Under the pieces are notes generated by a model. It saw nothing but the letters and a program-made list of their open reading frames with translations, searched no databases and was not told the origin of the DNA. Made by a program: the position numbers and the translations under genes. A stretch of 64,000 nucleotides of DNA, from assembly GCA_910587195.1 (NCBI GenBank), contig CAJUKL010000008.1:193-64192 (forward strand), read 5' to 3'. Below are positions 20,334-29,418 of the stretch, piece by piece. The stretch is from an uncultured Clostridia bacterium (GTDB taxonomy: Bacteria; Bacillota; Clostridia; Lachnospirales; Anaerotignaceae). Position 1 is the stretch's first letter. Each line of letters opens with the position of its first letter.

Positions 20334-20870
20334 ATGAATAAATGCTTTGTATTTTTTTTAAGTATAATTATGGTGTTTATGGTAGGATGTCAAAAGGATA
20401 CAACAGAAATAGAGTATACAAATGCAAATGCAAGTTATAGTATTACGCTGCCAGCAACTTGGATACAAGATACAGGTGTTAGTAACGGAGATATGCTTGT
20501 ATTATATTCTAATGAAGAACGGGACATTATTATATCCATACAGAGATATGACAGAGAAGTTGCACAAGATACCATGGGCTTGGATTCCTTAGAACGCTTT
20601 CAACAGTTTTATAAAACAAATTCTATTGTAGCTGGATTATATGCCTCAGGAGAAACAAAAGAAATAGAATATACTATGGAAAATATGAAAAATGTAGTAG
20701 CAGAGGAATTAGTTTCTGATTCTACAGATAACACTACTGCAAAAGCATTTTGTGTGATTGCAGAAACAGATAAGGCTTATTATACTTGCGCTATTACAGG
20801 AGAACAAAAGGATTATAACCGAAATATAGAACATTTAAAAACAGTGTTATCTGCTTTTGTAGAAAAATAA
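20334..20870 (+). CDS. Putative lipoprotein, element cargo
   Basis: GAGGAGG RBS; signal peptide with lipobox MVGC; stop overlaps the attR arm. Confidence 0.75.
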   Translation: MNKCFVFFLSIIMVFMVGCQKDTTEIEYTNANASYSITLPATWIQDTGVSNGDMLVLYSNEERDIIISIQRYDREVAQDTMGLDSLERFQQFYKTNSIVAGLYASGETKEIEYTMENMKNVVAEELVSDSTDNTTAKAFCVIAETDKAYYTCAITGEQKDYNRNIEHLKTVLSAFVEK

Positions 20871-20896
20871 AGTTTCCATAAAAATGGTTGCGCTTT
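20869..20896. other. attR: element arm AAAGTTTCCATAAAAATGGTTGCGCT plus TT core
   Basis: Inverted repeat of the attL arm, followed by (TT)C CCG ACT ATT ATT ATG continuing the FeoB frame. Confidence 0.85.
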
Positions 20897-21614
20897 CCCG
20901 ACTATTATTATGCTTGCTAGTGTCTTTTTTGCTGGTGGAAATCCTTTTTTAGCAGGTATATTTGTTATCATTGTTTTACTGTTGTCAGTTGCCATTACTT
21001 TACTTGTATCTAGTATATTGGGAACAACAATCTTAAAAGGTGTAGACTCCTCTTTTACCCTGGAGTTGCCTCCCTATCGAAAACCGCAATTTGCAAAAGT
21101 CATTGTTAGGAGTATGATGGACAGAACAATTTTTGTATTAGGCAGAGCAATTTGTGTTTCTGTACCAGCAGGTGCTTTTATATGGTTACTGCAAAATGTT
21201 ATGGTGGAAGATATGACATTATTAGGAATGGTTTCCTATTTTCTGGAGCCTTTGGGGAATGTTATGGGGTTAAGTGGTGCAATATTAGCAGCATTTTTAT
21301 TAGGAATACCAGCAAATGAAATTGTAATACCAATTTTATTAATGTATTATAGCCAAAGTGGTATGTTAGTAGAAACTTCTGGAATTGCAGAATTAGGAGA
21401 AATATTACAAAATAACGGTTGGACGGTGGTTACTGCAGCTTGTGCTATTTTATTTTCCTTAAATCATTTTCCTTGTGCAACAACACTATGGACAGTTGCC
21501 AAAGAAACAAAAAGCGTAAAATGGACAATCGTTTCTTTTTTACTCCCTACAATAATAGGCGTTACTCTTTGTATGATTGTTAATTTTGGAGGAAAAATAT
21601 TGCTAGGAATGTAA
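20897..21614 (+). CDS. feoB: FeoB 3' part (C-terminal membrane domain)
   Basis: FTLELPPYRKP, FVLGRA, PANEIV, HFPCATTL, KETKS.KWT; no RBS before ATG 20910; frame reads F-P-T-I-I-M. Confidence 0.92.
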
Positions 21615-21616
21615 TG

Positions 21617-21987
21617 TAACTTACTTATAAATTTAACGAAAGATAGAAGTTCTTGGAGGAACTTTTTTCACTTGTGAAAAGTTCCTCCAAAGTCTACACT
21701 TCGCTCTGGTCGGTTCTAAACGAACGTCCACCGGACGTTCAGAACCACTTCAAAAACACGCTTGCAAGCAAATTAGAACCTTGAGGGCGTTGCCCTCAAA
21801 CTCCTACAAGCTTTTTGAAAAAAGCTTGATCAAAAACTTTATCTTTTGCATACGATACAAGATTCTCACTTTTAGCTATTGGTGCTCCGTTGTCGTTCGT
21901 CTACAACAACTGTTCAATTTCCTTGCACGGCTGCGAAACGAAGTTTTGCACAAAAGTTCTTTGCTACCTTTCTTTCAAGAAAGTAAG
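21617..21987. repeat. Palindromic repeat cluster
   Basis: Family modules immediately after the feoB stop codon. Confidence 0.85.
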
Positions 21988-22056
21988 GCTTTTTTTTTTA
22001 TTTTTGCTGTGATAAAATAAAAAAAGGAAAAATCAATCATATAGGAGAGCGATTTT

Positions 22057-23652
22057 ATGTCTTATACAGCACTTTATAGAAAATTCCGTCCTGACAATTT
22101 TGATGGGATTGTGGGACAAAAACATATTGTCAAAACTATAAAAAATCAAATTTTAACAAATCGTGTTTCTCATGCTTATCTTTTTTGTGGTACAAGAGGC
22201 ACTGGTAAAACTTCTACTGCAAAAATTGTGGCAAGAGCAATCAACTGTCTTTCTCCAAAAGAAGGAAACCCCTGTAATAAATGTGAGTTTTGCCGTGCTG
22301 CATTGGAAAATAGAAGTATGAATGTGATTGAAATTGATGCAGCTTCTAACAATGGTGTAGATAATATTAGAGAAATTCGGGAAGAAGTTAAATATCCTCC
22401 TACAGAAGGACGTTATAAAATTTATATTATTGATGAAGTGCATATGCTTTCTACAGGTGCCTTTAATGCCTTGCTCAAAACCTTGGAAGAACCACCAGAA
22501 CATATTGTATTTATATTAGCTACAACAGACCCGCAAAAAGTGCCTGCTACTATACTATCCCGCTGTCAACGTTTTGATTTTCACCGTATTACAACAGAAG
22601 AAATTACACAAACACTTTCCCATTATATGGAAATAGAAAAGATTAAAGCGGAAAAAGAAGCCCTCCATTATGTGGCTCGTTTAGGCGATGGTTCTATGAG
22701 GGACGCTTTGAGCATATTAGACCAATGTATTGCTTTTTATAGTGATGAAGTGCTAACATTAGATAAAGTATTAGATGTGGTTGGTGCTGTTGATAATCGT
22801 GTGCTGTATGATATGACAGAAGCTATCCTTCAAAAAAATGCGGTTAGAATGATGGATTTGATAGAACAGATTATGATACAAGGACGAGATATTAGCCAAT
22901 TTGTAACAGAATTAATCGTGCATTTTCGGAACATCCTTATTTGTAACACCATAGAAAATGCTTCTGCATTGTTAGATGTTTCTCAAGAGGAATACCAACG
23001 TTTACAGTCACAGGAAATTTCCAAAGAAGAATGTATGTACTTGATTAAAATATTTTCTGCACTTCAAAATGACTTGAAATATGCTTCTAATGAAAGGATT
23101 TTGCTGGAAGTTGCAATGTTAAAACTTTGCAGCATTACAGAAGAAAAAAATATAGATGATATTTCTGCAAAATTGGCAGCAATCGAAAGAAAAATAGAAA
23201 GAGGAATCCCTTCTTTTGAGCCTGCGCCAGCCAAGCAGATTAAAAAAACATCTTCTCATTCTAATGTTGTAAAACATCCCCCAGTTCTTTCTCAAGACAG
23301 AAAAGAAATAAAAGAAGCTTGGAAGGATATGGTACAAGAAATAGAAAGCCCTTCTGTAAAAGGTGTTCTTTCGCAAGTTTCCTTGGAATTTAAGGAGGAA
23401 ACTGACCAAAATATGTATCTTGTTTGTGATTATCCAGCTTTGCAAAAACTTGTTAAAAAATATATAGATTTTTTGCAGCAAAAAACGGAAGAATATTTTC
23501 ATAAAAGTGTTTCTTTTTCTATTACAACACAACAGGAATATAATGAGTGGTATCGCTGTGTATATGGTGAAACAGAACAAAAAACGGATGATGACGCAGA
23601 GTTTGAAAGTTTGACAAGAAGTTATTTTCCAGAGGCAGAATTTCAGGAATAA
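22057..23652 (+). CDS. dnaX: DNA polymerase III subunit gamma/tau
   Basis: ALYRKFRP, GTRGTGKT, EIDAASN, IIDEVHML, SRCQRF. Confidence 0.97.
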   Translation: MSYTALYRKFRPDNFDGIVGQKHIVKTIKNQILTNRVSHAYLFCGTRGTGKTSTAKIVARAINCLSPKEGNPCNKCEFCRAALENRSMNVIEIDAASNNGVDNIREIREEVKYPPTEGRYKIYIIDEVHMLSTGAFNALLKTLEEPPEHIVFILATTDPQKVPATILSRCQRFDFHRITTEEITQTLSHYMEIEKIKAEKEALHYVARLGDGSMRDALSILDQCIAFYSDEVLTLDKVLDVVGAVDNRVLYDMTEAILQKNAVRMMDLIEQIMIQGRDISQFVTELIVHFRNILICNTIENASALLDVSQEEYQRLQSQEISKEECMYLIKIFSALQNDLKYASNERILLEVAMLKLCSITEEKNIDDISAKLAAIERKIERGIPSFEPAPAKQIKKTSSHSNVVKHPPVLSQDRKEIKEAWKDMVQEIESPSVKGVLSQVSLEFKEETDQNMYLVCDYPALQKLVKKYIDFLQQKTEEYFHKSVSFSITTQQEYNEWYRCVYGETEQKTDDDAEFESLTRSYFPEAEFQE

Positions 23653-23720
23653 AAGCAGTTGTATTATTAGACTCTTTCCTGTAAAATAGTATCATATTAT
23701 TGAGTAGGAGGAAAGCAATT

Positions 23721-24065
23721 ATGGCAAGAGGATTTAATGGTATGGGCGGCATGAATATGAACAACATTATGAAGCAAGCCCAAAAAATGCAAAAACAAAT
23801 GGTAGAAATGCAAGAATCATTAAATGAAAAAACATTAGAAATGACAAGTGGCGGTGGTGCTGTTAAAATTGTGATTTCTGGCAAAAAAGAAATACAATCC
23901 ATTAAAATTGACCCAGAAGTGGTTGACCCTGATGATGTAGAAATGTTGGAAGATTTAATTTTATCTGCTGTTAATGAGGCAATTCGTCAGGCAGATGAAA
24001 TGTATACAACAGAAATGAGCAAAGTAACTGGTGGTCTTGGTGGTTTAGGTGGTGGAATGTTTTAA
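23721..24065 (+). CDS. ybaB: YbaB/EbfC nucleoid-associated protein
   Basis: [22 protein letters not shown]; follows dnaX; AGGAGG RBS. Confidence 0.93.
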   Translation: MARGFNGMGGMNMNNIMKQAQKMQKQMVEMQESLNEKTLEMTSGGGAVKIVISGKKEIQSIKIDPEVVDPDDVEMLEDLILSAVNEAIRQADEMYTTEMSKVTGGLGGLGGGMF

Positions 24066-24072
24066 TCTTTTA

Positions 24073-24478
24073 CGCTTTCTTGAAAGAAAGCTTAGCAAAG
24101 AACTTTGTGCAAAACTAGCGTTTTGCTGCCGTATGTTGAGTTTGAACGCTAGTTTTAGTTGAACGACAACAAAACACCATTAGCTAAAAATGAGAATCTG
24201 TTGCGTTTGTAAAAGATAAAGTTTTTGGTCAAGCTTTTTTCAAAAAGCTTGTAGGAGTTTGAGGACAAAGTCCTCAAGGTTTTAAAATCTTTCAACTTAC
24301 TTTCTTGAAAGAAAGGTAGCAAAGAACTTTTATGCAAAACTAGCGTTTTGCAGCCATGTGTTGAGCTTGAACGCTGGCTTTAGTTGAACGACAACAAAAC
24401 ACCATTAGCTAAAAATGAGAATCTGTTGCGTTTGTAAAAGATAAAGTTTTTTGTCCAACTTTTTTTCAAAAAAGTTGG
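24073..24478. repeat. Palindromic repeat cluster (two near-identical tandem units)
   Basis: ~130-bp block repeated at ~24095-24230 and ~24320-24455. Confidence 0.85.
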
Positions 24479-24544
24479 CAGAGCGTCAATTTATTTTGAC
24501 GCTCTTTTGATGTTGATTTTTAATATAAAATTAATCTAATTTTA

Positions 24545-24573
24545 TTGAAATTATTACACTTTTTTGATATAAT
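24545..24573 (+). promoter_or_regulatory. sigmaA promoter with extended -10
   Basis: TTGAAA, 17 nt, TATAAT preceded by TGn. Confidence 0.7.
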
Positions 24574-24617
24574 AAAACTATAAAATATCAATTTAGAGAT
24601 ATAAAGGAGGTTTTACT

Positions 24618-24671
24618 ATGTATACAATACCACAAGAAATTATTGATGAATGTTTGTTACTTATCGGCTAA
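24618..24671 (+). CDS. 17-aa small peptide MYTIPQEIIDECLLLIG
   Basis: AAAGGAGG RBS 7 nt before the ATG; own promoter and terminator. Confidence 0.6.
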   Translation: MYTIPQEIIDECLLLIG

Positions 24672-24702
24672 GGCAAAGGTAAAAAAAACCTTTGCCTTTT
24701 TT
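24670..24702 (+). terminator. Rho-independent terminator
   Basis: AAGGCAAAGGT…ACCTTTGCCTT followed by a T-tract. Confidence 0.75.
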
Positions 24703-24778
24703 ATTTCCAGTCATTTCATAAGGAAAATCCCTTTTTATTGTAGTATACTGAAAATATCATTGCAGGAGGGATACGTTT

Positions 24779-25183
24779 ATGAAAACCTTTAAAGAGGAGT
24801 ACGAAACAGAAATTGAACCATGTCTGAAACAAATTGATATTTTTTTAAAAACAAAAAAGCCACCTTATTCTATTTCAAAAACTGCTGAATTATTACATAT
24901 TCCTCAGTCGGAAATTGAACACATTATGCAAAAAGAAAACATTAAAAAGATTGACCAAAACACATTTTTTGAGATTATGAAACATGGTTCTAGTACCTTG
25001 TGTCATATTTTTGCAAGAGAATTATATTGTGGTATTCCACAATATTACACTGCAGAAAATATTTCCTATATTTATAATTTAGATATTTCTACTGTCTTAC
25101 AAGCGTCCCAAAAAATGGGCGTTAATAAATTTAGCCCAGGCATCATTAAAACCTTATTTCATTTTATACCAATTCAAAAGTAA
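24779..25183 (+). CDS. Hypothetical protein
   Basis: 134-aa ORF with AGGAGG RBS. Confidence 0.7.
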   Translation: MKTFKEEYETEIEPCLKQIDIFLKTKKPPYSISKTAELLHIPQSEIEHIMQKENIKKIDQNTFFEIMKHGSSTLCHIFARELYCGIPQYYTAENISYIYNLDISTVLQASQKMGVNKFSPGIIKTLFHFIPIQK

Positions 25184-25190
25184 CATTGAT

Positions 25191-25224
25191 AAAAGCCCTT
25201 CGTATTTTTATACGGAGGGCTTTT
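25191..25224. terminator. Bidirectional terminator
   Basis: AAAAGCCCTTCGTA…TACGGAGGGCTTTT between convergent genes. Confidence 0.7.
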
Positions 25225-25259
25225 GTCTGTTAAACTGCAAAAACAAATTTTTAAGCGTT

Positions 25260-25811
25260 TTATCCTTGATAAACTAGGGCTTTTTTGACTTCTTTTGCTT
25301 TTTCTGCACCAACAAATACTTCTATTAATTTTAATCCAAATGCCATAGCAGTTCCAGGTGCTCTAGATGTCATAACATTATCGTCATAGCAAACCATATC
25401 TGTACTACATTCTGCTCCGTTTAAATTTTCTTCCATTCCTGGATAAATTGTTGCTTTTTTTCCTTGTACAAATCCTAATTTACCAAATATCATAGGAGCA
25501 GCACAAATTGCTCCAATAAATTTCTTTTGTTTGTAAAATTCTTCTAATATTTTTGTCAATCCTGCATGGCTTTGTAGATGAATAGTACCTGGCATACCAC
25601 CTGGTAAAATAAGACCAATGGCTTCCATACATATTTTTTCATCAAAAAGCATATCTGCCATAAAAGGCACCCCATGTGCGCCCATTACTTCCCTTTTTCC
25701 TGTGATGGAAATGGTTTTACAATTTACATCTGCTCTACGTAATAAATCTACAATTGTAACAGCTTCAATTTCCTCAAAACCTTCTGCTAAAAAAACTAAA
25801 ACTTTTTTCAT
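25260..25811 (-). CDS. DJ-1/ThiJ/YajL family protein
   Basis: GFEEIE, LPGGMPG, AICAAP, TSRAPGT. Confidence 0.9.
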   Translation of the reverse strand: MKKVLVFLAEGFEEIEAVTIVDLLRRADVNCKTISITGKREVMGAHGVPFMADMLFDEKICMEAIGLILPGGMPGTIHLQSHAGLTKILEEFYKQKKFIGAICAAPMIFGKLGFVQGKKATIYPGMEENLNGAECSTDMVCYDDNVMTSRAPGTAMAFGLKLIEVFVGAEKAKEVKKALVYQG

Positions 25812-25920
25812 AGTATCATCGCCTCTTTTCGTATCTTTATTATATCATAGGAGGATTCTACTTTGCAACTGTTGACAAACAATGATATACTTATCATAAA
25901 AATAAATTGGAGGACTAAAA

Positions 25921-26382
25921 ATGGAAATTGAAAGAAAGTTTTTAACAAAAGAAATTCCTTTTTCTTTAGAACAATATCGTTTTGCTAAGATTTCACAATC
26001 TTATATTTCTTTTTCTCCTACCATACGAATCCGACAAAGTGATACAAACTATTTTTTAACAGTAAAAGGAAAGGGACATTTAGCAAGAGAAGAATTTGAA
26101 ATGCAGCTTACAAAAGAACAATATCAAGCATTAGAAAAAAAGTGTGATACACCCCCTGTCATAAAAAAAAGATACTATGTTCCTTTAAAAGATAATTTAG
26201 TAGCAGAAATTGATTTTTATGAGGGAAAATTGAAGGGTTTGATAACAACAGAAGTAGAATTTTGCTCTGAACAAGCAGCAACTTGTTTTGTAGCACCAGA
26301 TTGGTTTGGAAAAGAAGTTACTTTTGATTCTCGCTATAAAAATACAAATCTTTCTTTACATGGTATTCCGCAAACAACATAA
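25921..26382 (+). CDS. CYTH-domain protein
   Basis: MEIERKFL, RIR, EVEF, PDWFG.EVT. Confidence 0.9.
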   Translation: MEIERKFLTKEIPFSLEQYRFAKISQSYISFSPTIRIRQSDTNYFLTVKGKGHLAREEFEMQLTKEQYQALEKKCDTPPVIKKRYYVPLKDNLVAEIDFYEGKLKGLITTEVEFCSEQAATCFVAPDWFGKEVTFDSRYKNTNLSLHGIPQTT

Positions 26383-26649
26383 AGATACTTTTTAATATAA
26401 AAAAATTTCTACAAAATAATTAAAAATTCTTTTTATTGTGTGTTATTTTTTGATAATTCAACAGAAAAAAATGCATTATTATGTTGCATATTGCGGAATT
26501 GTAATAAATTGTAAAAATTTGCGATGGCTAAAAATATTGCAATTACAAATATTATGCACTATAATCAAGTGACAGGTAAATATTTCCACTTTTATAGAGT
26601 ATTTTAATATTTACAATTAATTTAGAATTTAGTCATTGGAGGGATAAAA

Positions 26650-27453
26650 TTGAGCCAGACAAAAATAAAAGTACTGCTTGCAGATGATAATAAGGATTTT
26701 TGTGATGTAGTAGTAAGTTATTTAAATAAACAAGAGGATATCACAGTAGTAGCAGTTGCTTATGATGGAGTAGATGCCTGTAATAAAATACAAGAATATC
26801 GCCCTGATATTGCAATTATTGATGGTGTTATGCCCCGTTTAGATGGACTGGGTGTATTAGAACGCTTACAAAAAAATAAAGATGGCTTTCATCCTGTTTG
26901 CATTATGCTTTCCGCCATTACACAGGACAAAGTTGTACAAAAAGCGATGGATTTAGGTGCAGCCTATTATATTGTAAAACCATTTGATATGGAATCTTTA
27001 GCAAGTCATATTCATCAATTAATTTATGAAAAACCTACAACAAAATCCACAATTCCGCAAGGATTTGCTGTACAGTCAAATGCGTCCCTTTCCGCAGCCT
27101 ATGACTTGGAAACAAAAGTAACTAATATCCTTCATGAAATTGGGGTACCTGCAAATATTAGAGGGTACCATTATATGAGGGAAGCAATTATTATGTCTGT
27201 AAATGATATGGATGTATTAAATTATATTACAAAAGAACTTTACCCATCCATTGCGAAAAAATGTAATACAACACCATCTAGAGTAGAAAGAGCAATTCGG
27301 CATGCGATAGAAGTTGCATGGAACAGAGGAAAAGTAGATGCCATTAATTCTTTATTTGGCTATACTGTTAATAATCATAAAGGAAAACCAACCAATTCAG
27401 AGTTTATTGCTCTGATTGCTGATAAATTACGTTTAGAACAAAAAGCAAGCTAA
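26650..27453 (+). CDS. spo0A: Sporulation master regulator Spo0A
   Basis: Receiver domain plus HEIGVPA, ITKELYP.IA and [21 protein letters not shown] start after GGAGGG. Confidence 0.97.
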   Translation: MSQTKIKVLLADDNKDFCDVVVSYLNKQEDITVVAVAYDGVDACNKIQEYRPDIAIIDGVMPRLDGLGVLERLQKNKDGFHPVCIMLSAITQDKVVQKAMDLGAAYYIVKPFDMESLASHIHQLIYEKPTTKSTIPQGFAVQSNASLSAAYDLETKVTNILHEIGVPANIRGYHYMREAIIMSVNDMDVLNYITKELYPSIAKKCNTTPSRVERAIRHAIEVAWNRGKVDAINSLFGYTVNNHKGKPTNSEFIALIADKLRLEQKAS

Positions 27454-27788
27454 CTACCTTTCTTGAAAGAAAGGTAGCAAAGAACTTTTGTGCAAAACTG
27501 GCGTTTTGCTGCTGTGCAGAGAAGTGGAACAGTTGTTGTAGTTGAACGAGAACAGAGCACTATCAGTCAAAATTTCGCTTTGTTCCGTTTGCAAAAGATA
27601 AAGTTTTTTGTCCAACTTTTTTTCAAAAAAGTTGGTGGAGTTTGAGGCAACGCCTCAAGGTCTTAGTCTTTTACGCTTGGAAGCGTGTTTTTGAAAGAGT
27701 TTGGGGAAATTTTTCACAAGTGAAAAAAGTTTCCCCAAGAATTTCTTACTTTCATCACACTTATAATGAACCACTTTTTTGACAAACT
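27454..27788. repeat. Palindromic repeat cluster
   Basis: Starts right after the spo0A TAA; ends TTTTTTGACAAACT next to a terminator hairpin. Confidence 0.85.
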
Positions 27789-27835
27789 AAAGGCAATTAT
27801 CTACTATAGATAGCTGCCTTTTTCTATAAAAAAAA

Positions 27836-28480
27836 TTAATTTTCAGCCCATGTAAAGGTATCCACCATATTTTTAGCAATCGTATCAACAGCTTCTGTAT
27901 CTCCATCATAAACACTTTCATAAATCATAACATATTTATGGTCGCCTACAATATAATACTGTGTAGCTACTAGTGTCATATCTTCTTCTTGAATGGTAAA
28001 AGTAAAAGTATATAAAACATAATCGTTTGCTGTATAGCTACCATTCCCATTTAAAATAGTATCTTTTGGAAGCTGCATTGCTAATTGCTGTACAATCGCT
28101 TGTCTAAAATTAATATGGTCGTCTGCACTATATTTATTGCTTCCCATGTTGATAGAAATATTGTTGGGTAGTGCATCTTGTTCTGTACCATCTGCTACAT
28201 AAAAAAATTTATCTTTTGTTGAATAAGTATCACTTTCTATCCAACCAGTAGGAACCGTATACGTTCCAAATGATTTTGTATATGTTGTTCCGTTTTCATC
28301 TGTTACTTCCTCAGTTGTTTGTTCTGTTGTTTGTTCTTCTTCTATTGTTTTATCTTCTTCCGTTGTTTGCTCTACTGTTTTATTTTCTACTTCTTTTGTT
28401 TGCTCTACCGATTTATTTTGTTGCCCGCAAGAAGTAAAGCACAATAGAGATAGCAAAAAGAATGTAATATATTTTTTCAT
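27836..28480 (-). CDS. Putative lipoprotein
   Basis: Lipobox FTSC; Thr/Glu-rich low-complexity linker. Confidence 0.75.
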   Translation of the reverse strand: MKKYITFFLLSLLCFTSCGQQNKSVEQTKEVENKTVEQTTEEDKTIEEEQTTEQTTEEVTDENGTTYTKSFGTYTVPTGWIESDTYSTKDKFFYVADGTEQDALPNNISINMGSNKYSADDHINFRQAIVQQLAMQLPKDTILNGNGSYTANDYVLYTFTFTIQEEDMTLVATQYYIVGDHKYVMIYESVYDGDTEAVDTIAKNMVDTFTWAEN

Positions 28481-28497
28481 AACACTTTCCCCCTAAA

Positions 28498-29361
28498 TTA
28501 TTCATAATATTTTATGAGTGCTTGTGTACCAAAATCACCTTCCCCTGCATTTTCCATTGTTTGATACATATTCTTTACTGTTTGCAGTACGCTTAAAGCA
28601 AAATCTCTATCCTCTACTTCTTCTAAAGCAATTTTCAAGTCTTTTACATAATGTTTAATAAAAAATCCTGGTGCAAAATCATCTTTTAAAATACGAGGTG
28701 CCATATTATCCATTTGCCAGCTTCCGGCAGCCCCTTTACTAATACTATCTAACATTGTTTGTAAATCTAATCCAACCATTCTTCCATAGGTCAGTGCTTC
28801 ACAAACACCAGAAATAGCACCTGCTAAAGCAATTTGATTTGCCATTTTGGTATGTTGTCCATAGCCTGCTTTTCCCTGATATACAATATTTTTTCCTAAT
28901 GCTTCTAAAACAGGTTTACAATGGATAAAGGCTTCTTTATCTCCCCCTACCATAATGGATAAAGTACCTTGTGCTGCTCCAATATCACTACCAGAAACAG
29001 GTGCATCTAATGTTGAAAGCCCTCGTTTTGCTCCTTCTAAATATATTTTTTGTGACAATTTAGGACTTGTTGTTGTCATATCAATAATATAAGTTCCTTT
29101 TTCTGCATTTTCTAAAATTCCTTTCTCTCCAAAATAAACTCCTTCCACATCTTTGGGATAACCTACCATTGTAATAACAATCTCTTTTTGTTTTACACAT
29201 TCTGCTATGCTGTCACACCAAAAAGCACCTTCTTCTATGACTGCAAGAGCTTTCTGTTTTGTTCTTGTATAAATGGAAACAGAAAAACCCTTTTTTAATA
29301 AATTTCTGACCATAGATTTCCCCATTACACCAATGCCAATAAAGCCAATTTCTTTTATCAT
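28498..29361 (-). CDS. NAD(P)-dependent oxidoreductase, 3-hydroxyisobutyrate/tartronate-semialdehyde dehydrogenase family
   Basis: GFIGIGVMG, DAPVSG, KMANQ. Confidence 0.9.
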   Translation of the reverse strand: MIKEIGFIGIGVMGKSMVRNLLKKGFSVSIYTRTKQKALAVIEEGAFWCDSIAECVKQKEIVITMVGYPKDVEGVYFGEKGILENAEKGTYIIDMTTTSPKLSQKIYLEGAKRGLSTLDAPVSGSDIGAAQGTLSIMVGGDKEAFIHCKPVLEALGKNIVYQGKAGYGQHTKMANQIALAGAISGVCEALTYGRMVGLDLQTMLDSISKGAAGSWQMDNMAPRILKDDFAPGFFIKHYVKDLKIALEEVEDRDFALSVLQTVKNMYQTMENAGEGDFGTQALIKYYE

Positions 29362-29418
29362 ATTGTCCCTCCTTTTTTATTTGTCTTTTTTAAGTATAAC
29401 ATAAAAATATTAAAAAGG

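Larger units (their letters stand above)
15408..20896. mobile_element. feoB-intervening serine-recombinase element (skin-like), 5487-bp excisable unit
   Basis: TT cores at 15408-09 and 20895-96, 26-bp imperfect inverted repeats just inside them, internal large serine recombinase; joining restores the feoB frame. Confidence 0.9.

Noticed and set aside
15410..20894. Prophage or ICE
   Set aside because: No capsid, terminase, tail, relaxase, T4SS or replication genes; only a recombinase and metabolic-type cargo.
26390..26649. Spo0A boxes and sigmaH promoter upstream of spo0A
   Set aside because: Expected from known biology, but I could not find convincing TGNCGAA or AGGA-N17-GAAT matches.
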